From NCBI RefSeq assembly GCF_000372725.1, contig NW_005201792.1, positions 685,440 through 749,439 of the forward strand: a stretch of 64,000 bases of DNA, written 5' to 3'. The notes beneath the pieces are model-generated. The model made no database searches, was not told the DNA's origin, and saw only the letters and a list, made by a program, of their open reading frames with translations. This DNA is from Emiliania huxleyi CCMP1516 (Eukaryota). Below are positions 1-10,618 of the stretch, piece by piece (positions within the stretch are counted from its first letter, which is position 1; each line of letters opens with the position of its first letter). The translations under genes were made by a program, and so were the position numbers.

Positions 1-389
1 ACGAGTCTCGAGTGTGAACGGGAGCCCCAGCTCAAAATTTCTCTTCGCCTGCGGCGCGCGCACTTGTCACTTTCCAAGTCTACGGTGTTCTGAGTGGAGT
101 GGAGATGGAGGCGTGTGTGCGTCTTCCCGTCATCCAGAGAGCCGACTCGGCGGCAGACTCTGGCATCGCCCTCGCGGACCGCAGCTTACCTCTTACCTAA
201 AATCCTTAGGAGGCCGGCCGGAGCTAAGAAACCACGGCGTGGGGTGGATGAGGGCTGTGGAAAGGCTTAGAAACGGCGGCGTGCCGCCGAATCCTGTTTT
301 CTTAATGCCCGCAACCCACTGTAGAAGGCCATCGGAGATCGTTCCGCGCTCCGCGATCAAACTTTTGCGCCGCGTTGGCAAGACTCGCA

Positions 390-2873
390 ATGCCCTCGAT
401 GCAGCGCGCACGAGGGCCGGAGACTCCCACCTTTGCGGCGGTGATAGGTGCCAGTGCGGCCAGTGCTTCCGCCGCCGCCGCTGCGAAGCTCGACGTCAAC
501 ATCAAGAACCCCTTTTTCTCCGAACTCAGGGCAAAGGCTGCAGATGCGGCGTCGCTCGACACTCTCATTGGCCTTGTCAAGTCTGAATTCCTGCGGAGCT
601 TCCTTCACGAGGTCAAGTACCTCCTGTTCGACTTTTGCCTCGAGGGTATGAGCGGGCGCGAGGCGGCGTTTGCCAAGCTGCTCCACTTCCAAAAGGCCCA
701 CGCCATCTTTGAGGCGCACCAGCCGCGAATGAACAGTCTCGAGATTAGTGTCTTTCTCTCGATCGCACCGCTGCTCACGTCGGGACAGCCGCCATCGGGG
801 CTCGAAGCTTCAAATAGCGCGCCACGGCGCTCAGCAATGGGCGCGGCGGGCGCGGCACCGAGCTCAGCAGCGGCCGCAGCAACCGCAGCAAAGGTCCCCG
901 CACCCGACGCAGCTGATGGCGCAGAGGGCGGGAAGGAGCTGGACTGGTCGGCGATGGAGGAGCTGGTGGCGCAGGAGGAGGAGTCGAAGTCTAAGGCGGC
1001 CAAGCGGAAGAAAAAGAAGAAGAAAAAGTCCACAGACTCCACCTTCGCGGCCGTGACTGGGGCCAATGCAGCCGCGGCCTCGGCGCTCGCCGCCCAGGCG
1101 GGCCTCGAGATAGACATGGACCAGCCCTTCTTCTCCGAGCTCCGAGACAAGGTGGCCGACGCCGCGACACTGGACGCGCTCATCGGCCTGATTGAGTCGG
1201 AATTCCTGCGCGCCTTCTTCCACGAGATCAAGCACCTCCAGTTTGACGCGTACTTTCACCAGGCGGACGACGCAGCCAAGCTCAGCCACTTTGAGAGGGC
1301 TTGCGCTCTCGTGGAGGCGCACACGTCGCGCGCCACCAGCCTTGAGACCAACGTCCTGGCGAGGTCGACGTGCCACAACCAGCTGCCGTGCACTGGTGGC
1401 ACGCGGAAGCAGCTGATCAGCCGCTGGCACCACGCGATCCGAGCGCTCCTCGATAGGTCGAGCCTCGGCGCGTTGCTAAACCCGGCGCAACCCGCCCCGC
1501 CGCCGCGGACGCGTCCCAGGATCCGGGTCGGCTTCTTTGCGATCGATCGGCTCGAGTGCTTTAGCGCGGTCTACCGTGGCCAGGCGAGGATCGTCACCCT
1601 GCTCGACCGGCGGCGCTTCGAGACGTGCCTCATCGTATCCTCCGCCTTGGCCGGCTCGCACCCCGACCTTCCCGAGGCTGGCGCGCTGTGGGAGGCAGTC
1701 GACCAGCGCGTGGGGTGCGCCGACGTGCGAGAGGCGCTGCAGAAGGTGGCGGCGCTGGAGCTCGACGTCCTCGTGTACCCGGAGATCGGGCTGCACCCAT
1801 GGACCTGCATCATGGCCTATGCGCGGCTCGCGCCTGTGCAGGTCACGACGTGGGGCCACGCGCTCACGTCTGGCATCCCGACGATCGACTTTTACTTTTC
1901 GAGCGCGTGGTTCGAAGCGGAGGGGGCGCAGGAGCACTACTCGGAGACGCTCGTGCTCATGCGCAGCCTCTCTTGCTGCTTGCCCGCCTTCCACTTCACC
2001 GGAGCGCCGCTCGAGGAGGCGCTCAGCCTGCTGCCCCCGCCACCCGCCAAGCTCGTCTGCTGCTTGCAGCCGAGCCTGACGCTCAATATGCCGTTTGTGC
2101 GTCGCACGCTGCCGCGCATCCTCTCGCGGGTGCCCACCGCCGTCTTCCTATTCCTGCAGGACGGCATGTCCGCAAAGACGCTCACGGCCATCTCCCAGGC
2201 CCTCGACGGGAACGCGCTCTTCCTCCCCCGCGGGCCGGCCGGCTGGCTCCGCAAGTACATCTCGCGATGCGCGGTCTTCCTCGACGCGCACCCGTGTGGA
2301 AGCTGCAACGCCATGCTGCTCGACGCCTTCCTCGAGGGCCGAGTCATCGTCACGCTGCCTGGCCCGGATCTACAAGGCCGCTTCGCCCAGGGGTTCTACC
2401 GCAAGATGGGCTTGACGGACCCCATCGCCGCGACGGAGGACGCGTACGTCGAGCAGAGCGTGCGCTACCTCGTGGACGTGGCGGAGCGCCGCCGCATCGA
2501 GCGGCTCATCGCCCGGCGGCGCGGTGCGCTCGTTGACGAGCGCGACAGCGTGTCGGAGTGGGGCAACACCCTGGAGCTCGTCTGCAAGCCGTGGGTGCAA
2601 TTGATACCCCCGCCCAGCCGTCTGCAAGCCGCGCGCGAGTGGCTCAAGAGCCGGTGCCTTCCCTCAAGAGCCTCGGCAGCGGCGCTGCGGTGCCTTCCCG
2701 CCTCGGACGCCCGGGTGGACGAGCAGGCTGCGCCGGCGGCGGACTGCCCGCCTGCACCGGGTGACCAAGACTCGCCTCCCGGTGTCCACCGCGAGGTCAA
2801 GCTCGCTCCAAACGAGCCGCCGGCCGCCAGCGCGGAGGTGTTGCACGCCGAGCAGAGCTGGAGCGAGTGCTGA
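390..2873 (+). CDS. GT41 (SPINDLY/OGT-like) glycosyltransferase, TPR-less, with a duplicated N-terminal domain; intronless
   Basis: Motifs LDVLVYPEIG, RLAPVQVTTWGH..TSG.PTIDF, FLDAHP.G and IVTLPG...GR are typical of the SPY/OGT catalytic halves. First ATG at 390. Two ~110-aa internal repeats flank a Lys run. Confidence 0.85.
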   Translation: MPSMQRARGPETPTFAAVIGASAASASAAAAAKLDVNIKNPFFSELRAKAADAASLDTLIGLVKSEFLRSFLHEVKYLLFDFCLEGMSGREAAFAKLLHFQKAHAIFEAHQPRMNSLEISVFLSIAPLLTSGQPPSGLEASNSAPRRSAMGAAGAAPSSAAAAATAAKVPAPDAADGAEGGKELDWSAMEELVAQEEESKSKAAKRKKKKKKKSTDSTFAAVTGANAAAASALAAQAGLEIDMDQPFFSELRDKVADAATLDALIGLIESEFLRAFFHEIKHLQFDAYFHQADDAAKLSHFERACALVEAHTSRATSLETNVLARSTCHNQLPCTGGTRKQLISRWHHAIRALLDRSSLGALLNPAQPAPPPRTRPRIRVGFFAIDRLECFSAVYRGQARIVTLLDRRRFETCLIVSSALAGSHPDLPEAGALWEAVDQRVGCADVREALQKVAALELDVLVYPEIGLHPWTCIMAYARLAPVQVTTWGHALTSGIPTIDFYFSSAWFEAEGAQEHYSETLVLMRSLSCCLPAFHFTGAPLEEALSLLPPPPAKLVCCLQPSLTLNMPFVRRTLPRILSRVPTAVFLFLQDGMSAKTLTAISQALDGNALFLPRGPAGWLRKYISRCAVFLDAHPCGSCNAMLLDAFLEGRVIVTLPGPDLQGRFAQGFYRKMGLTDPIAATEDAYVEQSVRYLVDVAERRRIERLIARRRGALVDERDSVSEWGNTLELVCKPWVQLIPPPSRLQAAREWLKSRCLPSRASAAALRCLPASDARVDEQAAPAADCPPAPGDQDSPPGVHREVKLAPNEPPAASAEVLHAEQSWSEC

Positions 2874-3385
2874 TACGGTTTGCGCGCTCGGCAATGCGTT
2901 TAGGGAGCCCGTGTGCGACCACCGTCGATGTAGGTCTTTTGGCGAGATGGGAGCGTGAAGAGTTGAAGAGAAAGAAGGATTTCATGCAAGTAGGGCTCCC
3001 GTACCATGCGGACGACCCTATCCAACCATGCTCAAGTGCTCAACCTGTTATGACCCCCCCCCCCCCCCTGAACACACCACAGACAGAGTCAGAGAGAGAA
3101 AAGTCAAAAGAAGAAAGAGAGAGATTGTGTACATAGGGAGGATGAGACGATCGAGGGGTCCCGTACCATGCGGAATCGACCCTTAGGACTTTCCTCCCGA
3201 TCAAAGTAAAAGAAAGAAAAAAGAAACATTCGCCGCACGCTCACCCGATCAGCTCCCGTCCACTTAGCCAGCGGCAGCTGCCCGCCGTGAACCACGCACT
3301 AGCGTGCTCTCCGGCTGAGCCTAGAAGGAAGGGGGTTGTGCTCACCCATCCACACCACCATGCACAGGCGACAAGGCGAGACTAT

Positions 3386-6164
3386 ATGGCTCGCGTGCTC
3401 GACGCCAGCCTCGTGCACGTGCCGTACGAAGAGCTGGTGCCCTCCGCCCGCTCCCCTCCAACCCACCACGCCTCTCGCGCTGCCACTTGGCCCCCTCGCC
3501 CGCCACAGGCGCAGGCTAGCCGCGAGAGCCGCGCCGCTGTGGCGTCAGACCTCGACACGCTGATGAGGAGCATCAGCGCGCTCTCCGCTCCGGCGGACGG
3601 CGAGGCCAGCAGCGGCGAAGCCGACTCTGGCGCCGGATCCAGCGGCCGGGGCGTGAGCGCGAACGAGGCGCGCCAGGTGGTCAGTGGCCTCGTCGAGCAG
3701 ATCAACCGCCTCAAGCGCAAGGTGGACGAGGGGCGGCGTGCCGAGGCGGAGGGGATTGCACGGTGCCGCTCGCGGATCGCGTGCCTCCTCTCCCACAGCT
3801 CCGCCCCCGAAGACGGAGCCGCGGGCGGAGGCGGCGCCAGGCTCGCGGACGCCCGGTGCGACCGCTTTGTCGCCGACTACCTGCTCCGGACCGGGCGGCA
3901 CCACTCGGCCAGCGAAACTTCTGGCCGCGGCGTGGGGGTTCAACTCGCCGCGTCTTTTGACGCCGGCACTGCGATTAGGCGGCCGCCCTGTGCGCCTCCG
4001 CCAACGGCGGCGTCGCCGCGCTGCTCGACGAGAGGAACGCGCCGTGTGTCCCTCGCTCACGTACACACACGAGCCCTCCACCGGTCCACCGGAGCACCGC
4101 ATTGCTCTTGCCTGCTCTTGCCTGCTCTTGCGGCTTGGGAGGGCAGCGTCAGCAAGCGGGAGGCGCCCGCAGGCGGGAGGCGCCCGCAGAGCTCCGGCCG
4201 TCCTCTGTTGGCAGGCCCCTCACCGAGTGCCGCCGGGTGACGGACGCGCTTCTCCGCCAAGACGCCGGCCCAGCCCTGCAGTGGTGCGAGAGGGAGAGTG
4301 CGCGCCGCCACCGGCCCCCGCCACCCCTCTTGCCACTCCTCTTGCCTCTCCCCACAGCAGCACACTCTCGCGCGGCTCAACAGGCGCACGCAGCTCTCCC
4401 ACACTGTGCCGACCCCCCGCTGGCAGCCCGCCGCCTCTGCACGCTCCGCCGCTGCAGCCACCCCGCCGGCACGCTCTCGGCCAGCCCTTGCTGCACTGCC
4501 CGCACCACCTCCTGCCGCAGGGCACCGGCTCGCCAAGCTGCGCTCGCCGCTCGAGCCGCAGCTGCGGCTGCAGCACTTCCTCGCCCTCGTCGCCGCGGGC
4601 GAGCAGCGGCGAGGTGGACTCGACGGGGCGGGCAGTGCACGCCGCCCTCACGCCTCCCCCCTCACGCGCCCCCCAGGTGCCGCCGTCGAGGCTGTGGAGT
4701 ACGCGAGGCGCCACCTGCAGCCGGCCGGCTTGCCGGAGGCCGTCGCGGAGGAGGCGAGGCGAGGCATGGTGTGCGCCTCCCCGCCGCCCCGCCCCGAACG
4801 GAGAAGGGGGGGAGGAGGCGGAGGCGGAGGGGAGAGCCGGGCCGAGAGAGCGCGACAGCTGAGACCGCGGTGGCGGCGCGCAGGCGCTGCTAGCCCTTGG
4901 CACGCGCACTTCCCTCCCGCACGCCTCGCTGCTCGACCCGGGCCGGTGGCGGCGAGCGGTGGGCAGCCTCTAGATGCAGCCTCTAGATGCGGAGGGGCAG
5001 GGCGCTGCCGTGCGCTCGGGTGGCACACGCGGTGCCCTCGCAATGCGCGGCGCAGCCTCCCCGAGCAGTGGACATGGCTGGCCACGGGACATGCCTGGCC
5101 ACGGGACATGCCTGGCCACGGGACATGCCTGGCCACGGGACATGCCTGGCCACGCGCGCGTCGAGGGCGCGGCCGCCGGCGCAGGCACGCCTCGACCACC
5201 CTCCCCCCCTCTGCGTGCGCGCCCTTGCAGGCAGACCGGTTCGGGCGCGACTTCCTCCGCCTGGCGGGCGCCCCGCCGACGCCGCCGCTGGTGGTTGCTC
5301 TCGCCGCCGGCGTCGCGGCGCTGAAGACACCCTTCTGCTCGCTGCCAGAGCACCAGGCGCCGAGATGTAGCCGAGATGTAGCCGAGATATCGCCCTTCTG
5401 CTCGCTGCCAGAGCACCAGGCGCCGAGATGTAGCCGAGATGAAGCCGAGATATCGCCCTTCTGCTCGCTGCCAGAGCACCAGGCGCCGAGATGTAGCCGA
5501 GATGAAGCCGAGATATCGCCCTTCTGCTCGCTGCCAGAGCACCAGGCGCCGAGCCGCCTGGGCTTGCGGCGAGCCCTTGACACGTACATGACATGCCCGC
5601 GACTTGTCCCGCAGGCGCCGAGCTGTCCAGTCTGCTGCGGCCCGATCCGAGGGCGCGAGCCGCAGCCACATATACACAATAGATCTAATAATAATAATAA
5701 TATGCCGCAGTCACCCCACCTCTAACACACTCCTCCCCGCCAACCCCTCCCGCCGATCGTTGCAGCCGACCCGCCCTCCCCGTGGGCAGGCTCGCCACCA
5801 GGCTCCCTTCCTGCCAGCGCTCGCGCTCCGCCGTCACCTGCCGCCTCTCCGGCACTCTGCTCGACGAGGTGCAGCTCGCCTCCGGGGCACCTCGGCCACA
5901 CCTCGGCCGCGCCTCGGCCGCACCTCTGGCACCGTGGGTGTAGGACAACCCGCCGCTCGTCCTGCCGTCGGGTCACGTCTACGCCGAGGCAGCCGAGCCG
6001 CGGGGCTCGAGGCGGCGCAGCATCCCGGCCAGACGCCGGCCGAACTTCGGCTGTAGGCGGCGGTCTTGCGGCTCGAGGCGGCGCATGGCGGCGGCGCGTT
6101 CCGCGACCCGCGCACGGACGACGTCGTGACGATGGGCTCCCTCCGCCGCGCCTACTTTTTGTGA
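3386..6164 (+). CDS. MAEA: MAEA/GID9/Fyv10, CTLH E3 ligase subunit (multi-exon)
   Basis: Exonic peptides VPYEEL, LKRKV, DRFVADYLLR.G, ALQWC, LEPQLRLQHF, AGVAALKTPFC, CPVC, C.LSG..LDEDNPPLVLPSGHVY and C-terminal DPRT...RAYFL* match MAEA in order. Confidence 0.88.
5079..5153. repeat. 17-bp tandem repeat (GGCCACGGGACATGCCT) x~4 in a MAEA intron
   Basis: Read directly from the sequence. Confidence 0.9.
5330..5553 (+). repeat. 63-bp tandem repeat x3.5 spanning a MAEA exon end and GC donor
   Basis: Units start at 5330, 5393, 5456 and 5519; each contains CACCAG/GCGCCGAG. Confidence 0.92.
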
Positions 6165-6462
6165 GGGCACAGTGGCGCACAAGGGTTTGCTTGGAGCAAC
6201 GACATGCCGGCTCTCTCGTCTCTGGCACTTGTTGCACTGATGGACCTCGTGCGCATCGATCACGATGTGTCGTGGGTGTGCCGCTTAGCGCGCTAACCAG
6301 GCGCTAACTCTTGAGAGCTAACTCTTGAGAGCCGGTGATTAGACTACGGCGCGCGCTATACCGTGTAGACGGCGCGCAGCCTCCTGATCGACCTCACTGT
6401 ACCGTACACCCAATCCCAAAGTATCTCTCGTGTCACACAAGACTCTCCACCAGAGAGCACAG

Positions 6463-7626
6463 TCACACCCGCTGAGGCGCACCGCCCATCCAGTCGTCGA
6501 TCGGACGCGCCGGCGCCGCCGTGGCGGGAGGTGCTGCGGTCGGCGCCGCCCGCCGTCTCGAGCCCCGCAGCGAGCGGAGGGCCGCAGCCGCGAGGCTGGC
6601 GCAGCACGCGAGCGGCCCGAGGGCGCCGCCGCTGCGGTAGGCGCCCGAGCGGCCGTCCCACGGGGCGGAGAGTGCGGCCTCTGCGGCGGCGGTGTGCTGC
6701 GGGCCGAGGGCCCACGCGAGGGCGGGCCAGGCGAGGAGGGGCACTGCGTCGACGACGAGGAAGCAGGCGAGCAGCTGGGCGAGGACCACCTTGGCCGCCA
6801 CCTCGCCCTCGAATTCGAACGCAAAGGCGCGCGCGACGGCCGCGATGGCGTCGAGGGTGGAGCAGGCCACCCACAGCGAGACGAGCAGGCCGAGCCTGCG
6901 CCGCGCCGGGTCGAGGAGCGCCGCGACGCCGGCGCGCTGCGGCTGCGACGCGACAGGCGCAGAGGGCGGCTCGCACGCGGCGCGCACGAGCGCCTCGAGA
7001 GGAGGGATGCGGCGGGCGGCGGAGATGGCCACAAGGATCCGAGCCGTGTGCACGGGGAGGGTGAGCCAGGCCCAGAGGAAGGTGTGCGTCCGCAAGAAGG
7101 CGAGCGCGCTCAACCAGCCGAGCCCGACAAGGCAGAGCTCCGCCGCGAGCGCCGTGTAGAGCGCCGTCGCTGCGGCGCACACGACCCAGCTGCCGGCGGC
7201 GAGGGCCGCGTTGCTGCGGCTCTGGCGGTCCTGCGAGAGGCGCCGCTTCAGCCGCTGATATGCGGCAGGGATGGCGCGCTCTGCGTACTCGACGAGGTCG
7301 GTGGACGCGAGCGACTCGCGTAGTCTCGAGCGGAGCTCCGTGTGCTCGAGGACGGCAGAGAGGTCGAGGTGCGCCGCGAGCTGCTTCTGCGTGCGAGGGT
7401 TCGCCACCGCCGCCGCGAGCTCCTCGCCGAGGTTGAGCGAGGCCAGCATGGCCTTCCGCTCCGATGCAAAGGCTACCCGCACACAGGATCGCAGGTCGAG
7501 GAGTTCCTCGAGCCCGGCTCGCACGTCCGGCGAGCGCAGCGCGTCGAGAACGTGCGCCCGGACGCTCGCCTCGAGGTCCGAATCCTCACTGTCGTGCAGC
7601 TGCCGGTGCTTCTTGCCAGAGAACAT
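6463..7626 (-). CDS. Hypothetical multi-pass membrane protein
   Basis: 387-aa ATG ORF with a helical N-terminal half and several hydrophobic segments; no family recognised. Confidence 0.65.
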   Translation of the reverse strand: MFSGKKHRQLHDSEDSDLEASVRAHVLDALRSPDVRAGLEELLDLRSCVRVAFASERKAMLASLNLGEELAAAVANPRTQKQLAAHLDLSAVLEHTELRSRLRESLASTDLVEYAERAIPAAYQRLKRRLSQDRQSRSNAALAAGSWVVCAAATALYTALAAELCLVGLGWLSALAFLRTHTFLWAWLTLPVHTARILVAISAARRIPPLEALVRAACEPPSAPVASQPQRAGVAALLDPARRRLGLLVSLWVACSTLDAIAAVARAFAFEFEGEVAAKVVLAQLLACFLVVDAVPLLAWPALAWALGPQHTAAAEAALSAPWDGRSGAYRSGGALGPLACCASLAAAALRSLRGSRRRAAPTAAPPATAAPARPIDDWMGGAPQRV

Positions 7627-7703
7627 TGTGGCGCGTGCGCCACCAAAGTGTGGGCTGGCGCCAACGCGAGTGCTATGACGAGGCTAACCTCGGAATGTGA
7701 CAA

Positions 7704-8210
7704 CCCAGAATGGCTGTGCTGGCTCCTTCACAGCCATCTTACCTAAGGATGGCTGAGCTAGCTGCAGTGCAGCCATAGCCTCCAGCCCGATGGCCACACA
7801 CACGGCAGCCATCCTTAGTAGACACGGCTGGAGACGCACTACCGCAGCCACACCGCCCGCCTCGAGGTGAGCCCTCTTGGCTGAGCTGGCTACATCGTAC
7901 TCGAGTAGTAGAGGGTGTGTGTGTGTGTGTGTTGTAGCCATCTTGGGACTTGGGAAAGATGGCTGCGGGACAGCCATTTCAGCCATCTACTATGGCTGGG
8001 GCACCACAGTCAGTGCAGCCATCCTCCGGAGCATGGCTGGTGATAATTCGATGGCAGCCGTCCGCCTCCCCCGCCACACGCACAAATGGCTGCGCGCTTG
8101 TCGCCCCCGGCCTCGCGGGACGGCTGCCATCGGCTGCCATCGAATTACCACCAGCCATGGCTCTGGAGGATGGCTGCCATCTCTATGACGCAGCCATAGT
8201 AGATGGCTGA
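7704..8210. mobile_element. AGCCAT/ATGGCT-rich foldback or MITE-like repeat
   Basis: More than 15 AGCCAT/ATGGCT motifs. Nested inverted arms: 7979-7998 vs 8191-8210 (perfect 20 bp) and ~8016-8060 vs ~8131-8176. Confidence 0.6.
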
Positions 8211-8494
8211 ACCCCACTGCGGGCAGACTGCGGGCGCCAGCGTCGCCCTGGCGGACGGGGAAGGAACAGAGAATACAACAAACACTGAAGGCTAGATGGC
8301 AGAGCCCGACTGACACACGGCTCGGAAGGCAGCGGAGCAGTCGGCGGCTCCTCCCGAAGTGCTCTTTCTTTCTTTCGATATCGGGACCCCCGCATCCAGC
8401 ACACAACCACGCCAAAACAAAACCCAGGATTTCGGCTTCGAGGAGTTCCCCGTTTCGGCCACCTTGACCCGACCACAGAGAGCCGCCGGTGGGT

Positions 8495-9791
8495 ATGCCC
8501 GCCAAGTCGCTGAGTCCAGACGCGGACGTGGCCACGTCGCCAAAGGAGACCATCACCCAAGTCTACGTGTGCAAGTTCCCTTCCTGCAGCCGCTCCTACG
8601 TCTCCACGGACGGTGCGCCGCGCGCGCGGGGGTGCAGCAAAACGGCCGGCCTGCTGCGCGCGGGCCCTGGGGCGAGGGGCGGGGGCGGGGGTGGAAGGGC
8701 GTCGGTGAAGCGAGGGCGCGGTGCGCGGCCGGCGCGGACAGCGGGGTCCGCGCGCGGTCGCGCTGAGGAGACGGCGGGTGAGGGATTGACACGCGCGGCC
8801 GGCGCGCCTCACCCCAGCCGCCCCGTCGCGCGCGCAGGCGTGCGAAAGCACTGCAGGAAGCACCACCCGGCGTGGCTCGCCGCGCTCGACGAGCAGGCCA
8901 AGGAGGGCCGCACGCACAACCGCTCCGAGCTCTACTGCGTCGCGCGGCCGCTCACGCGCGAAGAGGCCGAGACGTTTGCGCGCGAGGAGCCTCGCAAGCG
9001 GCAGCGCACGGCGCCGGAGGAGGTGAACCGGGGCGCGTCGGACGAGACCGCGGTCGACTCTCCGCTGCTCAGCACCGCCGACGTGCCTCAGCACGCCTAC
9101 AGTACGCCGCAGCACGGTCCCGCTGCAGAGTCGCCGCGGGGCGAGTACGTCTTTGCCGAGCACCAGCCGTGGGCGATAGCGGTGCAGATGCCGCCGCTGC
9201 GGCTGGAGGACCCGCTGCTCGCGCACCACGACTCGCCCGTCACCTTCAACTTCAACGAGGCGATGCCGCCTCCGAAGCGAGGCGCGCGCCCCGTCACCCG
9301 CGCACCCCCCCCCCTCCCGCACCCTCTACCCGCACCCTCTACCCGCACCCTCTACCCGCACCCTCTACCCGCACCCTCTACCCGCACCCTCTACCCGCAC
9401 CCTCTACCCGCACCCTCTACCCGCACCCTCTACCCGCACCCTCTACCCGCACCCTCTACCCGCACCCTCTACCCGCACCCTCTACCCGCACCCTCTACCC
9501 GCACCCTCTACCCGCACCCTCTACCCGCACCCTCTGCCCGCACCCTCGACTGCCCGCAGGGGCGTCGCTCGCCTTTGGCCTGCACTCGGTCCTCTCCCTC
9601 GACCCCGTCGGCCCCAACCCGTACGACGCCGAGGAGCTCGCCTGTGTCGAGGCGGAGAGGATCGCAAACGAGACGGTGCCTGTCGAGGCGGAGGAGGGTC
9701 TGCCGCAGTCTCCCCCTCTTCCTACACACCTCCCCGACACCTCCTCGACACTTCCTAGGCGGAGGCCTTCTGCGCCTCCCTCTTCGTGTGA
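8495..9791 (+). CDS. C2H2 zinc-finger protein, probable transcription factor (about 4 exons)
   Basis: YVCKFPSCSRSYVSTDG|VRKHCRKHH forms after removing an intron at ~8612-8837. The last exon ends TGA at 9791. Confidence 0.75.
9316..9547. repeat. 13-bp minisatellite (CCCGCACCCTCTA)n in an intron; G-quadruplex potential on the minus strand
   Basis: About 17 near-perfect copies; the minus strand carries regularly spaced GGG runs. Confidence 0.92.
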
Positions 9792-10216
9792 GGTGCTGGA
9801 CTGCACGCGCCTGTGCCGGACGCTTAGCTCCTCCGCCGCCGCTCCGCGATCCTGTCTTCTTCCCTCCCCCCGCACGAAGGCCTCCAGGCGCCGGCACCGA
9901 GGTCTCCTCTCCTGCCGCCTCCTGCCCCCCTTCGGCGTCGGCCGTGACCTCCCCTGTGGCTCCCCTCTCCCTCGCCCACCCCCGGGCCCAGCACCCACGC
10001 CCCGACTTGTCTCGCCCCCTCCCCGCACCCCTTTCAGGGCGCCTGTACACACACCCGAAGCATTGTCTCTCCCGCCCTGTGACACACTTCGACTTATAAT
10101 TATACCCTCGCGTCTATGCCCCCTCCCCCGCATACCCCTCTGTACAGACTCTGTGTTTAGTGACACTTCCATGCCCCCGATGTTTGCGCGTCTGACTACA
10201 TCAGAAAATAATTAAT

Positions 10217-10493
10217 TGCACAAGACCCGCACCCGCTCCCACTCCGGCGTGGGGAGTGCCAGGCGGGGCGGCGAGCGGAGATGGAGAGGGCGGTGCTTCG
10301 TTGTTGCGCGAGAGCGGTGAGAGCCAGTCTCCGAGGTCGTCTTGCTCCATAGGATTCGAACAATACGAAGGTTCCCAAAACAGTAAACACACGGAACGAA
10401 GGGACGCACGGACTAATTGATATACAAAACTAATCGGCGGTTATTATTAGCAACGGAGCGCGTGAATGGGCTACCCGTAGTGGGGTAGGCGCA
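10217..10493 (-). repeat. 3' LTR (277 bp)
   Basis: Direct repeat of 17208-17415 plus extra 62-bp and 7-bp segments; adjacent to the PPT. Confidence 0.95.
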
Positions 10494-10502
10494 TCCCCCC
10501 CC
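10494..10502 (-). other. Polypurine tract
   Basis: GGGGGGGGA on the minus strand immediately before the 3' LTR. Confidence 0.8.
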
Positions 10503-10618
10503 AATGGCGGCGGGCGTAGATGCGAGCTGGCATTGCTCATGAACGTGATCCCTCCCCGCTTTCGGCCGCCCGGCGCGACTCGATGGCGCTGGGGGCAGGG
10601 GGAACTGTTGGATCGGGC

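Noticed and set aside
9316..9547. Telomere-like repeat or a Pro/His-repeat coding region
   Set aside because: The 13-bp unit is not TTAGGG-type and lies between a GC donor and a CAG acceptor.
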